From Ginglymostoma cirratum (taxonomy: Eukaryota): a DNA stretch of 64,000 bases. This document shows positions 26,601 through 39,410 of the stretch, piece after piece. The translations under genes were made by a program, and so were the position numbers. Every line of letters starts with the position of its first letter. Position 1 is the first letter of the stretch. The notes below the pieces were generated by a model, which had not been told where the DNA came from, ran no database searches, and was given only the letters and a program-made list of their open reading frames with translations. Where the stretch lies: the NCBI GenBank assembly GCA_024137785.1, contig JAHRHZ010000166.1:1225872-1289871 (forward strand), in the 5' to 3' direction.

Positions 26601-27289
26601 GCACTGGAAGTAGTCCAGAAATTAGTACACATGGAGTGCCGCATTCTAACATTTTGTGAAACTCCCTGCATATTTCCCAGAATGTTATTGCCTGTAAAAT
26701 GAAGTCTTGATGATGAAATTGAGACAAATGCCTTTTCAGGCGTATGAACAATGGACAGAACTTCATGAAGTTGTATTTCCAGCGGTATTGAAAGAAGGTT
26801 TTGCGGGTAGTACATGAGTTACTATTCGCAGTTCATTTTGGAATGAAGAAAACTCAAGCCAAAGTACACCAAAAAAAAGTCTTATTTGCCTGAATCACAA
26901 AGATGTCAGATATGTCACACATTCTGATAATAAGAAAACCTCGGACAGTGATTATTTAAAAAAAAAATACCCTTTACCCATATTGTGTTCGAGGAACCAT
27001 TTACAAGAGTCTTAATCGAATGTGTAGGACCTCTACCTGAACAGAGAAGTGGGAAGCAGTATTTGTTGACGATAACTGTTGCGTGCACTAGATTTCCAGG
27101 TGCCATTCAATGGAGCAATTTCCAGCTAAAAGGATTGTAGAGGAATTATTGTGTTTTTGCTACTTAAGTACTATCCACAGAGATACAATTGGACTTTAAA
27201 TCAACGTTATCCATAAAAATAATGGATGTCTTTGGAACAAAACAATTGAAACCAACTGCATTCCATCTGAAATCTCAAGGAGCATTGAA

Positions 27290-27630
27290 ATCATAGAACA
27301 CCACAGTGTGAAAACAGGCCATTCAGCCCAACAAGTCACACCACCCCTCTGAAGACCATCCAACACAGACGAACTCCACTATCCCTGCATTCCCATGTCA
27401 AACCCACCTAACTTCAGCATCCCCAGGCACTATGGACAATTTAGCATGGCCAATCCACCTACCCTGCACATCCTTGGACTGTGGGAGGAAAGCAGAGCAC
27501 CTAGAAGAAAACTGACACAGACACAGGGAGAACTTAAACTCCACACAGACTGTTGCCCGAGGCTGGAATTGAACCCAGGTCTCTGATGCAGCACAGTAGC
27601 AGTTCTAACTACTGAGCCACCATGCCATCC
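27290..27630 (-). mobile_element. HE1-like V-SINE
   Basis: Same head, core and tail as 1421-1740. Confidence 0.85.
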
Positions 27631-28009
27631 AGAATGGCAGCATTAATCTTTAAAGGCTCTGTTAAATTCCTCTTGTCTAGACTATCCAGAGGATTTAGAA
27701 AAAAGTAGTTACATTTATTCTCTTTTCAACAAGAAATGCATCGAATGAAATAATTGAATTCAGTCCAGCTGAGTTCATACTCGGGCATGAGATGGGGGGA
27801 CGAGTTACATAACCTGAGAAAAAGATGGTGAGTCAGCGTTCAGATATTATGTTATTGGATTATTTGTCAATTTTTTATGGAGACATTACATAGAGTGGCT
27901 GAGTTAGCGAGAAAGCAATTAAAAATAGCACAGCGAGTAATGAACCTGGAAGCAGGCAAGAGATCCATAGTTTCTCTAGTGGGGAAAAACTGTTAGTGTT
28001 ACTACCACT

Positions 28010-28458
28010 TCAGCTTTGAAGAAAGTTTGGATAGATTGGGTTTCTTGTTATTGGAATGCAAGAAGTTGAGGAGTGACCTAACAGAAGTTAGTAAAACTGT
28101 GACTGTCGTGAATAGAAAGGAGAGTTTGGGGATTCTTTTCATGGTGAAGGGGTCAATTATTAGGTGGCGACACAGGTTCAAGGTGCGAGCGGGGAAATTT
28201 AAATGAGATGTGCGAAGTACATTTTTCTCAGAAAGTCTGGTGAGGGCCTGGAATGCTTTGCGAGATAGTCTGATGGAAGCAGACACAACAGCAGCATTCA
28301 AGAAGCACCTGGACGAAAATGGGAATAGAAAGGGAATAGAGGGATAAGGACCATGTAAGTGAAGGCATTTTTAGTTTGAAAGGGCAAAATTTGTCGGTGC
28401 AGGCTTGGAGGGCCAAAGGGCCTGTTCCTGTGCTGTGTTGTTCCATGTTCTTTGTTCT
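28010..28458 (+). mobile_element. CR1 LINE 3' fragment, tail-to-tail with the next element
   Basis: RT C-terminus and 3'UTR; tail ttccatgttctttgttct. Confidence 0.8.
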
Positions 28459-31400
28459 AGAACATAGAACACAGAACATAAAACATTACAGCGCAGTACA
28501 GGCCCTTCAGCCCTCGATGTTGCGCCGACCTCTGAAGCCCATCTAACCTTCACTATTCTATTATCATCCATATGTTTATCCAAAGACCATTTAAATGCCC
28601 TTAAAGTTGGCGAGTCTACTACTGCTGCAGGCAAGGCATTCCATGCCCTTACTACTCTCTGAGTAAAGAACCTACCTCTGACATCTGTCCAATATCTATA
28701 ACGCCTCAAATTAAAGCTGTGTCCCCTCGTGCTAGCCATCACCATCCGAGGAAAAAGGCACTCACTGTCCACCCTATCTAATCCTCTGATCATCTTGTAT
28801 GTCTCTATTAAGTCACCTCTTAACCTTCTTCTCTCGAAAGAAAACAGCCTCAAGTCCCTCAGCCTTTCCTCATAAGACCTTCCCTCCATACCAGGCAACA
28901 TCCTGGTAAATCTCCTCTGCACCCTTTCCAATGCTTCCACATCCTTCCTATAATGCGGCGACCAGAACTGTACGCAATACTCCAAGTGCGGCCGCACCAG
29001 AGTTTTGTACAGCTGCAACATGACCTCACGGCTCCGAAACTCAATCCCTCTACCAATAAAACCTAGTACACAGTTATCCTTCTTAGCAACCCGATCAACC
29101 TGGGTGGTAACTTTCAGCGATCTATACACATGGACACCGAGATCTCTCTGCCCGTCCACACGACCAAGAATCTTACCATTAGCCCAGTATGCTGTATTCC
29201 TGTTACTCCTTCCAAAGTGAATCACCTCACACTTTTCCACATTAAACTCCATTTGCCACCTCTCAGCCCAGCTCTGCAGCTTATCTATGTCCCTCTGTAA
29301 CCTGAAACATTCTTCCACACTATCCACAACTCCATCGACTTTAGTGTCATCCGCAAATTTACTAACCCATCCTTCTATGCCCTCATCCAGGTCATTTATA
29401 AAAATGACAAACAGCAGTGGCCCCAAAACAGATCCTTGCGGTATACCACTAGTAACTGAACTCCAGGATGAACATTTCCCATCAACCACCACCCTCTGTC
29501 TTCTTACAGCGAGCCAATTTCTGATCCAAACCGCTCAATCACCCTCAATCCTATGCCTCCGAATTTTCTGCAATAGCCTACCAGAGGGAACCTTATCAAA
29601 TATTTTACTGAAATCCATGTACACCACATCAACTGCTTTACCCCCATCCACCTGTTTAGTCACCTTCTGAAAGAACTCAATAAAGTTGGTGAGGACACGC
29701 AGTAGCTGTTCCTTGAACAAGCTCCACATTTCAATTGTGCCCAGCCCCTGCAGTTTCCTTCCCCATCCTATGCATCCTAAGTCTTGCCTAATCGCCTCAT
29801 AATTGTCTTTCCCCCAGCTATAACTGTTGCCCTGCGGTATATACCTATCCCTTTCCATCGCTAAAGTTAACACAACCGAATTGTGGTCACTATCAGCAAA
29901 GTGCTCACCTACCTCAAAATCTAACACCTGGCCTGGTTCATTACCCAGCACCAAATCCAATGAGGCCTCGCCTCTGGTTGGCCTATCTACATACTGTGCC
30001 AGGAAACCTTCCTGCACACATTGGACAAAAACTGACCCATATAAAGTTCTCGAACTATAGCGTTTCCAGTCAATATTTGGTAAGTTAAAGCCCCCATAAC
30101 AACTACCCTGTTACTTTCGCTCCTATCCAGAATCACCTTTGCTATCCTTTCCTCTACATCTCTGGGACTATTCGGAGGCCTATAGAAAACTCCCAACAGG
30201 GTGACTTCTCCTTTCCTGTTTCTAACCTCAGCCCATACTACCTCAGGAGATGATTCCTCATCAAACGTCCTTTCTGCTACCATAATACTGTCCTTGACTA
30301 ACAACTCCACACCTCCCCCTCTTTTACCACCTTCCCTGATCTTACTGAAACATCTAAACCCCGGAACCTGCAACAATCATTCCTGTCCCTGCTCTATCCA
30401 TGTCTCCGAAATGGCCACAACATTAAAGTCCCAGGTACCAATCCATGTTGCAAGTTCACCCACCTTATTCCGGATGCTCCTGGCATTGAATTAGACACAC
30501 TTCAAACACCTTCCTGCCTGCCGGTACACTCCTGTGACCTTGAAACCTTATTCATGACCTCACTACTCTGAACTTCCTGTACGTTAGAGCTACAAGTCAG
30601 GTTCCCATTCCCCTGCTGAATTAGTTTAAACCCTCCCGAAGAGCATTAGCAAATTTACCCCCCAGGATATTGGTACCCCTCTGGTTCAGGTGCAGACCAT
30701 CCCGTTTGTAGAGGTCCCACCTACCCCAGAATGAGCCCCAATTATCCAGGTATCTGAATGCCTCCCTCCTGCACCATCCTTGTAGCTACATGTTCAACTT
30801 CTCTCTCTCCCTATTCCTCGCCTCGCTAGCACGTGGCACGGGTAACAAACCAGAGATAACAACTCTGTTTGTTCTAGCTCTAAGCTTCCACCTGAGCTCC
30901 TTGAATTGCTGCCTTACATCCCCATCCCTTTCCCTACCTATGCCGTTGGTGCCTATATGAACCATGACTTGGGGCTGCTCCCCCTCCCTCTTAAGGATCC
31001 CGAAAACATGATCCGAGACATCACAGACCCTGGCACCTGGGAGGCAACACACCAACCGCGAGTCTCTCTCATTCCCACAGAATCTCCTCTCTGTCCCCCT
31101 AACTATGGAGTCCCCAATCACTAATGCTCTCCTCCTGTCACCCCTTCCCTTCTGAGCAACAGGGACAGACTCTGTGCCAGAGACCTGTACCCCATGGCTT
31201 ACCGCTGGTAAGCCGTCCCCCTCAACAGTATCCAAAATGGTATACTTGTTATTGAGGGGAACGGCCACAGGGGATCCCTGCACTGTCTGCCTGTTCCCTT
31301 TCCGTCCCCTGACTGTAACCCATCTACATTTTTCCTGTACCTGAGGTGTGACTACCTTCCTGTAACTCCTCTCAATCACCCTCTCAGCATCCCTAATGAT

Positions 31401-31538
31401 CCGAAGTTCATCCAGCTCCAGCTCCAGTTCCCTATCGCGGTTTCCAATGAGCTGGAGTTGGGTGCACTTCCCGCAGATGAAGTCAGCAGGGACACTAGTG
31501 GTGATCCTTACCTGCAACATTCTACAGGAGGAGCTTTG
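28459..31538 (-). mobile_element. Relatively young CR1 LINE with ORF1 (SGNH/esterase-like), APE and RT, internally deleted at ~29690
   Basis: ORF 30786-31562 (LVIGDSIVRG, VCCLPGA, VHIGTN); ORFs 29987-30376 and 29535-30017 (APE, SDHN); ORF 28371-29492 is a 373-aa RT (QGSVLGP, KFADDT). Confidence 0.93.
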
Positions 31539-31999
31539 TACCAGTGGCCAGTTAACCTTCAAAAGGCAAAGATTAGTGGGTCTAACAAAACTGAAAGGAA
31601 AACTGGTGAGGTGAATTATTTGATAAGCTCACCAGATTGCAGGAAAACTCACACATTGTGTCATGTGAACATTCTCAGATGGTATAAGGAAGTAAAAAAG
31701 AATAATGTGCTCCTTGTTACAACTCAGTGAAGAACCAGGTATTACAATCAAATGGAAGCATATGTGGCAATAAACTGGGAAGTGCTAATCTGATTGTGCA
31801 TGATGTAGATATAGGAAATGCTATTCCAATTATACTATATCCTTATAGGCTTAGCCCATTAAAACTGTCACAGTTTCAAAATGGTATTGAAAGAATGTTC
31901 AGATATGACATAATCAAAGTGAGTAGCAGCAAATGGAGCTCACCGGTAGTGATTTTAACAAAACAAATAGTACCCAACGATTGTGTGAGGACACTGAGA

Positions 32000-32567
32000 T
32001 GTAAACTTTCTACAGCAGATACCTCCAGCCACTAGAGCAATCGACGAAAGCTACCAACACAAGATCCTGCAAATCTGCTGGAAAGAAAGATGCACCAACA
32101 CCAGTGTCCTCGACCAGGCCAACATCCCCAGCATAAAAGCACTGATCAGCGTTGGTCGGCTACAATGGGCTGGCCACGTTGTCTGCATGCCGACGCAAGA
32201 CTCCCTATGCAGGTGCTCTATTTCCAGCTTCAAAATAGCAGGCAACCCTCAGGTAGACACAGGAAGGGCTTCAGTGATACAGTCAAGGTTTCAATGGTGA
32301 TGTGCAGCATTACCATAAACACCTGGGAATCACTGGCCAAAGACCAGCTGGAGGAGGACCATCTGGGAATGCATCGAGCATATCGAGACTTTCCATCGGG
32401 GAAAAAATAGAAATCAGGTGAAAATAGCCCAAGGAGTGCACTGCCACACCAATTGCCCACCAACCTCTTCCAGTGACCACCATCTTCCTCAAGTGTAACA
32501 GAGCCTCCAGTAGCCGTAGCAGTCTGTGAAGCCTCCTACGGACTCAGAGATGGTGGAAAAGAGTCAT
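32000..32567 (+). mobile_element. RTE-clade LINE 3' fragment; its 3' end resumes at 33942-33990
   Basis: KILQICWKERCTNTSVLDQANIPSI / LQWAGHVV / RLPMQVLY...TWESLAKD, typical of the RTE ORF C-terminus. Confidence 0.75.
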
Positions 32568-32663
32568 AGAGATAAAAGGTACTGCAGATGCTGGAGAATC
32601 CGAGATAACAAGAATGGGGCTGGATGAACACAGCAGGTCAAGCAGCATCATAGGAGCAGGAAA

Positions 32664-32699
32664 ACTTGACGTTTCGGGCCTAAACCCTTCATCAGAAAT
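32664..32699 (-). ncRNA. Minimal hammerhead ribozyme motif (left pLTR)
   Basis: attt-CTGATGA-agggtttaggccc-GAAAC-GTC-aagt on the minus strand. Confidence 0.7.
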
Positions 32700-33269
32700 G
32701 GGGGAGGGGAAGAGGGTTCTGAAATAAATAGGGAGAGAGGGGGAGGCGGATAGAGGATGGATAGAGGAGAGGATAGGTGGAGAGGAGGCAGACAAGTCGA
32801 AGAGGCGGGGATGGATCCAGTAAAGGTGAGTGTAGGTAGAGGGGTAGGGAGGAGATAGGTCAGTCCAGGGAGGACGGACAGGTCAAGGGGGCGGGATGAT
32901 GTTAGTAGATAGGATATGGGGGTGTGGCTTGGGGTGAGAGGATAAACAGGTTAGGGAGGTGGAGATGAGCTGGGCTGGTTTTGGGATGCGGTTGGGGGAG
33001 GGGAGATTTTGAAGCTTGTGAAATCCACATTGATGCCATTGGGCTGCAGGGTTCCCAGGCTGAATATGATTTGCTGTTCCTGCAGCCTTCGGGTGGCATC
33101 ACTGTGGCATTGTAGGAGGCCAAGGATGGACATGTCATCTGAGGAATTGGAGGGGGAGTTGAAATGGTTCGCGACTGGGAGGTGCAGTTGTTTGTTGCGA
33201 ACTGAGCGCAGGTGTTCTGCAAAGCGGTCAGTCCTCAGTAAAGGGCTCACCTTTGTCCCCCTCCACCCA

Positions 33270-33669
33270 NNNNNNNNNNNNNNNNNNNNNNNNNNNNNNN
33301 NNNNNNNNNNNNNNNNNNNNNNNNNNNNNNNNNNNNNNNNNNNNNNNNNNNNNNNNNNNNNNNNNNNNNNNNNNNNNNNNNNNNNNNNNNNNNNNNNNNN
33401 NNNNNNNNNNNNNNNNNNNNNNNNNNNNNNNNNNNNNNNNNNNNNNNNNNNNNNNNNNNNNNNNNNNNNNNNNNNNNNNNNNNNNNNNNNNNNNNNNNNN
33501 NNNNNNNNNNNNNNNNNNNNNNNNNNNNNNNNNNNNNNNNNNNNNNNNNNNNNNNNNNNNNNNNNNNNNNNNNNNNNNNNNNNNNNNNNNNNNNNNNNNN
33601 NNNNNNNNNNNNNNNNNNNNNNNNNNNNNNNNNNNNNNNNNNNNNNNNNNNNNNNNNNNNNNNNNNNNN
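33270..33669. other. Assembly gap (400 N)
   Basis: Run of n; the ORFs spanning it are artefacts. Confidence 0.99.
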
Positions 33670-33843
33670 CCTCCCTGGATTGACCTATCTCCTCCCTACC
33701 CCCCTACCTACACTCAACTTTACTGGCTCCATCCCCGCCTCTTTGACTTGTCTGCCTCCTCTCCACCTATCCTCTCCTCTATCCATCCTCTATCCGCCTC
33801 CCCCTCTCTCCCCATTTATTTCAGAACCCTCTTCCCCTCCCCC

Positions 33844-33879
33844 ATTTCTGATGAAGGGTTTAGGCCCGAAACGTCAAGT
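33844..33879 (+). ncRNA. Minimal hammerhead ribozyme motif (right pLTR)
   Basis: attt-CTGATGA-agggtttaggccc-GAAAC-GTC-aagt; intact core boxes, GGG/CCC stem II, palindromic ACGT stem III, 4-bp stem I. Confidence 0.7.
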
Positions 33880-36749
33880 TTTCCTGCTCCTATGATGCTG
33901 CTTGACCTGCTGTGTTCATCCAGCCCCATGCTTGTTATCTCGGAAAAGAGTCATCCTCATTTGTGAGGAACTGCTGATGATGGTGAAGTGGACTATCACA
34001 GTCAATTCAGTTGCAAAATCCAATTTGCACCCCATTCCATATTTGGAAAACTGTGTTGAGAAGATATGACAAACAAATTATATTTTTTTGTGATGATGCT
34101 GTCAGTTTAAAAGATAATTTTGTCCTTTTTTTAAGAGAGATTCTAAGGCAGAGGCATCAAAATGGCTGCATAATATGCCTTCTCTACACAACTTGTGAAG
34201 CATCGGCTTTTTTTAGCAGCCTGAATATGTTTGGCCAGCTCTCAAAAATCCAGATTTCTGGATTTTGTTTGCTTTTCAGTAACTTCAGAAGCTCTTGGAA
34301 TCTTAAAAGAGTTGGAAGCTTCAGTAAGTGTTTCTTGGCTGTTGCTTTCTCTAAATTTTCTCTTTTTTTTCATCCTGGATTGGAGAACTGCATGTATGAA
34401 TTTGTGTCTGAATTTTCCTCGTTACCAAGCGGTATTTTTATCGGATGTTACTGTAGTGGAACATTTAATTAGGAATAGTTGCTTTATCTGCAATGCTAAA
34501 CACTGAGCCACCCCGCGGTGGGCATTAATGACCTGGTGGGTTGTTTTAGACACATGGAAGGAAAATGTGGAGCAACTGGCAGAATTGTTTGATGACTTTA
34601 GGAGACGGGCTTTTGGTGATAAACCTGGGTAAGAGCGAGTTCACAAAAGCCCAAATCACGTTCCTAGGCCACAGTATTGGACATGGACAGATAGCCGCAC
34701 TGGATGTGTAAACAAGGGTGGCTGGGAAATTTCCCATAGCCATGTCATTTCCTGACAAAGAGAGTAGGATTGCCATTCTTGGGCCTGAGTGATTTTTCTT
34801 TCCGGAAATTCATATCAAATGTTAGCAGTGTTGTTGCGCCACCGACTGACCTATTGAGGAAATGCAGGAAATTACAGTGAAAGCATCAATGTTTGAAAGC
34901 ACTTGACAGCCTGAAAACTGTGTTGAGCACCGCTCTGGCTTTACCAACACCCAATTACGTACATCTGTTCAAGGTGATTATTAATGCAAGGCAATGAGTG
35001 TATAGAAACAACGTATTCGGTATTGTTCCATAAACGTGAATGGAAATATTGCAGCATTGAGACCTTGAATTTGGTATTGACGTCGCTACATTTCAACAGT
35101 CATGTTGCCAGTAAGATTTCTGAGAGGAATGTCTCTACTGATCTTAAACCCTTGACAGTTTTTTTTTCTTTTTTTCCAGTAAACTTATGGAGAAAAATAC
35201 CGCATAATTTTAATAGAGTTTATTGTTCCATGGAATCACTTTGCAAATTAGAAGTTTGGCAAGACTAGAGACTGTAATCCCCAATGTGTTTCATAAACTG
35301 TGATGAAGAAAAATGGAGGTGCTCTGTGACAGAAGAAACTGACTCAAATGAATTGTATTATTGAATGTTTGCACGCTGAAGTCAATATATTTCGCAAGTA
35401 ATGTAGAGCACTACCAGCGTGAGATTAAACACTTTGAAACTGAAGCCATCTTTATACATTGGTAACTCTTTTCTTAAGGCGGGTGTGTGATGATATTGTG
35501 CCTTTATAGATTTGTTCTATCCTGCTTCTCTTGTAGAGAGGTGTTGTCACAGTGGTGTCAACATGTCTCCTTCATACAGGCAGTTGGTAAACAGCTTTGA
35601 GATCCCCCTGTGTGTGTTTTTTTTTTAATTATTATTAAATGTAAGATTAAAAAATCACAAAAAGGCAGAGTCAGGATCAGACAGTTGCAAAGAGACTTTA
35701 GCTTTCCTTTCCATTGTTTGGGTAGATTTGAGCTGGCTGCTGGAGCTGCTGGACTAAAGTTTTAGACAGAAAGGTTTCCTTTTAAGATTAAACAAAATGG
35801 GTTTTTATTTGTTTACGTTTTTTCTTTCTATTGGTTTGGAGACAGACAGCACGTGGGAATAATAACTGTGCTGCTGAATTTTGTTTGTCAATGGTGTGCT
35901 TATGACATGCTGCCTATGTTGGAACTGTTGTTGATTAGTGGTTAAATAATTCATTATTTTACTAAGTATTTAAATAGAGTAAAGTAATGCTAAATCTTCC
36001 TTTTGCTATATTTTAATTGTTTCATTATGATAAAGTGTGCTCTGATTAAGATTTAGCAATGATCCAACTGAATCTTATCTTTAACAGCCCTTCATAGATG
36101 CCTGTCAAAAAATTAAATGTTCGGGTATTGGCTATTTCCATGATATACTTGGGCAGATTAGCCATGGAAAATGCAGACTTGTTTGGATAGGTTAGGGAGT
36201 TCCATCTAAGTGGGATGCTCTTCAGAGTGGCAGTGTGGACTCGATAGGCCTAACAGACTTCTTCCACACTGAAAGCATTCTTTCGTAGAAAGTAACTAAT
36301 AATTGATGAAGAAAGAAAATCGAATGAAATGAATTTAGTCAAATGATTAAGAAAATCAATTCATTGTCTGACCTGGCTGTGCTGATGACAGCCTGTTAAT
36401 ATAAATCTACAGTGAATACTTGAACTGGACTTGGTAATTATTACAAGCAATGAGAAATTGAAAGTTGGCCTGACACAAATTGTTTTTCAGCATTATCTCT
36501 TCATATATCTTTGAATTAAAAACTTGGACAGGTGCAACATGTGTAATGTTTGTAGATTCCAATTTGTAACATTCAAAATAGTGGTGCACACCATAAGCCG
36601 GTAATTGCAACTTTTTGTCTTTGTTAAAGAGGTTTTTTTTTTCAAAAATTCTGCACTTGTGTGATGTTATGTGCTAAATTAAGATGAAGAATACTGGTCT
36701 AGTTTACATTAGTGTACATCCTGCTATGCTTAAACTCTAATAAATTAGT

Positions 36750-37870
36750 TATTCAATTTGACTTGATTTATTGTTGTCAAATGTACCAAGATACAGTGAT
36801 GATACAAAGTGCATCGGGCAGCAAAACAGAGTGCAGAATACAGTGTTACAGTTACAGAGAGAGGGAGATCAACATTAACATTTGAGAAGGCCAGCCAAAG
36901 TTTGAAAAGAAAGGGAAGAAACTATTCTTCAATCTGATCATAAGTGTATTCAAACTTTTGTATCTTCTGCCTATTGGAAGAAGGTATAACCAGGCTGAGA
37001 GGTGACTTTTATTATGTTGGTGGCTTTCCCGTGACAGCAGGAAGTTTTGATGGAGTCAATCGATGCAAGGCTACATTGCATGATGGAGGGGGCTGTGCAC
37101 ATGACTCTCTTGCGGTTTTTGGAAGAGCGGTTGTTACCCCACACTATGACGTGTCCAGACAAGATGCTTTCTATGGTGCATCTGGAAAAATTAGTAAGGG
37201 TCTTTGTGAACATGCCTAGTTTCCTTAGCTTGCAGAAGAAGTAGAGGCGCTGTTCTGCTTCCTTGACAGCCACTTTAACATGGATGGACCACAACAGATA
37301 TTTGGTGATCATCATTTCCAGGGTCTTGACGCTCTTGATGACCTCCACTTTAGCATCATTGATGCAGACACAGGGTGTGTGCTCCAGTCCATTTTCTGAA
37401 GTCGATGACCAGCGCCTTCATTTTGATGACGTTGATGGAAAGATTGTGGTCTTTCAACGATGCTGCTAAGCTCTCAATCTCTTTTCTGTGCTCTGTCTCA
37501 TTATAGTTGAAGATCCGACCTACAACTGTGATGTCATCATCTCATCCCAATGGAGTTGTGGTGGAATTTGACCTCACAGTCGGGAGTGCATTAGGAGTAT
37601 AGCAGGGAGATGAGTATGAGGCCTTGTGGTGCTCTGGTGTTAACGTTTATTGTGGAGAATGAGTTTTCAACTATTCTTACTGATCAGGACTTTGTTGATC
37701 CAGTTACAGAGAGGGAAGCTGAGACCTCGGTCTCGAAGTTTTGGGGATGCATTTGTTTGGAATTATGTTTTTGAAGGCATAGCTGTAGTCGGTAAGTAGG
37801 AGCTTGACGTGGGTGATAACTTCTGCAGTGGAACTGCTACGTCAGTAGGCAAATCGTGAAGGATTAAAAC
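36750..37870 (-). mobile_element. Rex1/Babar-like non-LTR retrotransposon 3' fragment
   Basis: ORF 36971-37348: QRLYFFCKLRKLG...LTNFSRCTIESILSG...WGN. Confidence 0.75.
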
Positions 37871-37904
37871 AGCCTGGTAAGTTTGAAAATTGTTTGCAAT
37901 TCTG

Positions 37905-39410
37905 TTACGGGCCAGACCAAACTCTTCAAAATATATTAAGAAAATAGCCTAGATGCCAATATTTTCTTATTTTTAAAAGGCAAGTATTGTGTTCTGAATG
38001 CAATTTGGAAGAGACGTATTGCGGATTTCAAGCCCTAATAGCTACTGAAAACTAAACTGAAATTCTGGTACTGTGAGACCTTGACCCCACCACCTCATGC
38101 TGCTCCAATTGTTCCAACTTGAAAGAAAAGATTTCATAAGTTATTTTTTACTCTATTGGATTGAAACAGATCCTTTGGCACTTCTGCCTCAACCTTCATT
38201 CGCAATAAAAGAAACAGGACAAAGTGCGCCTCATAAAGCCATTTTAACATGATATCTTCTTTTTTAAAAAAATGAACCATCGATATACAAATATGACTTT
38301 TTCTTAATTAGCCTAGGAGTACAGTGCAACACATACATATTACATTGACTCTAAGTATGCAAACAGTCACCACTACAGTCTATTTCAGTCTGTCTTTTCC
38401 CCACCACCGAACACTTCCATCTTCCTTCAGCAAAACCACGAAATTGCCTCAGCAATTACGCCTGGATATATTTAAACAGATCCACACCAAGCTTTTGGCT
38501 ATGATGGTTTCATCTTTATCACTAACCTCATCACTGCTGCAACCTTTAACATTAACTTCTGCCATTTTATGTCGACTGTCACTTTCTAGTTCCAACTTCT
38601 GAAATTCAAATCGTCTCTCTCTCTCTTTCTTCTCTCTCTTTAGCTCTTTCTTCTGCTTTTAATCATAACTCAAACCTTTCATTTCCTTTTCAAGCTATTT
38701 TAATATTTTGTTCTTGGTTCTGCTGCATCTTTTCATCCCTCTGTTTTGATTTCTGCCTCCCCTTTCATTTTCCTTTTTCCCCTTGCCATTGCCATCTGAA
38801 TCAAACTGCTTCATTTGCAATAGAATTTTAGATATTTCCAATTATTCTGATTGAATTTCTGGTATTAGACTATCACTGCAATTTCCTCCCTTGTCCTCAC
38901 AACAAAGGCAACCCCAACCTCTCCTTGTCTGTCAATTCAACAAGCGCTGTCTACTTTCTACAAGCCACTCCAAGTGATTGCTTTCACACCCAGAAAAATC
39001 TTAAGCTCTCATGAAGCCATTATGACACAATGCACTCTCTGTGTAAACGAATCAAATGCAACATTTAAAACAGAATACGAATCGTCTCCAGTCACTGTCT
39101 TTCAGTCCAATAATCCTAAACCCAAGCCCAATTTAGAGATTTTGATCCCAGACGAGAACCAATTTTGTTATGGATCAGACCGGACTCCTAGCTCCCACAA
39201 TGTAGTAAGGAAATAGTCTAGACACTAACTTGCTATTTATGTAAAGGTGATGTGAGATTTTTTTTTATCAGATGTAATCTGATGTGGTTCACCACCAGGC
39301 TTCAAGCAAAGCATACTTTATTGCTACCACACAATTCAAACACAAATGAAAAAAGACCACTGAATAATTAAGAAGATACTATATGAATTAAATAATAATT
39401 ATCAACTGTT
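37905..39410 (-). mobile_element. Gmr1-like LTR element remnant (LTR end, PBS, gag start, second LTR piece)
   Basis: Minus strand ...ggtctgatccataaca-aaat-tggttctcgtctgggat (LTR end plus degenerate tRNA-Pro PBS, ~39145-39180); gag-like coiled-coil region 38600-39020 homologous to 58390-58800. Confidence 0.65.

Larger units (their letters stand above)
32568..33941. mobile_element. Penelope-like element with inverted pseudo-LTRs, GIY-YIG C-terminus and 13-bp TSD
   Basis: ORF 32951-33250 (RFAEHLRSV...PVANHFNS...EQQIIFSLGTLQPNGINVDF); 33670-33941 is the reverse complement of ~32602-32870; TSD ggaaaagagtcat at 32555-32567 and 33942-33954. Confidence 0.9.
27640..36145 (+). mobile_element. Fragmented Gmr1-like Gypsy element (integrase, then RT/RNase H, then 3' LTR), host to nested CR1, RTE and Penelope insertions
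   Basis: 27640-28008 and 31539-32000 match integrase/RT at 61000-61580 and 62330-62600; 34530-35300 matches the RT/RH at 62900-63600; PPT-like aaggcggg then TG-start LTR at ~35484; further LTR-like piece at 34089-34490. Confidence 0.72.

Noticed and set aside
33009-33966. Long ORFs of 224 and 237 aa
   Set aside because: Artefacts of translating through the N gap.
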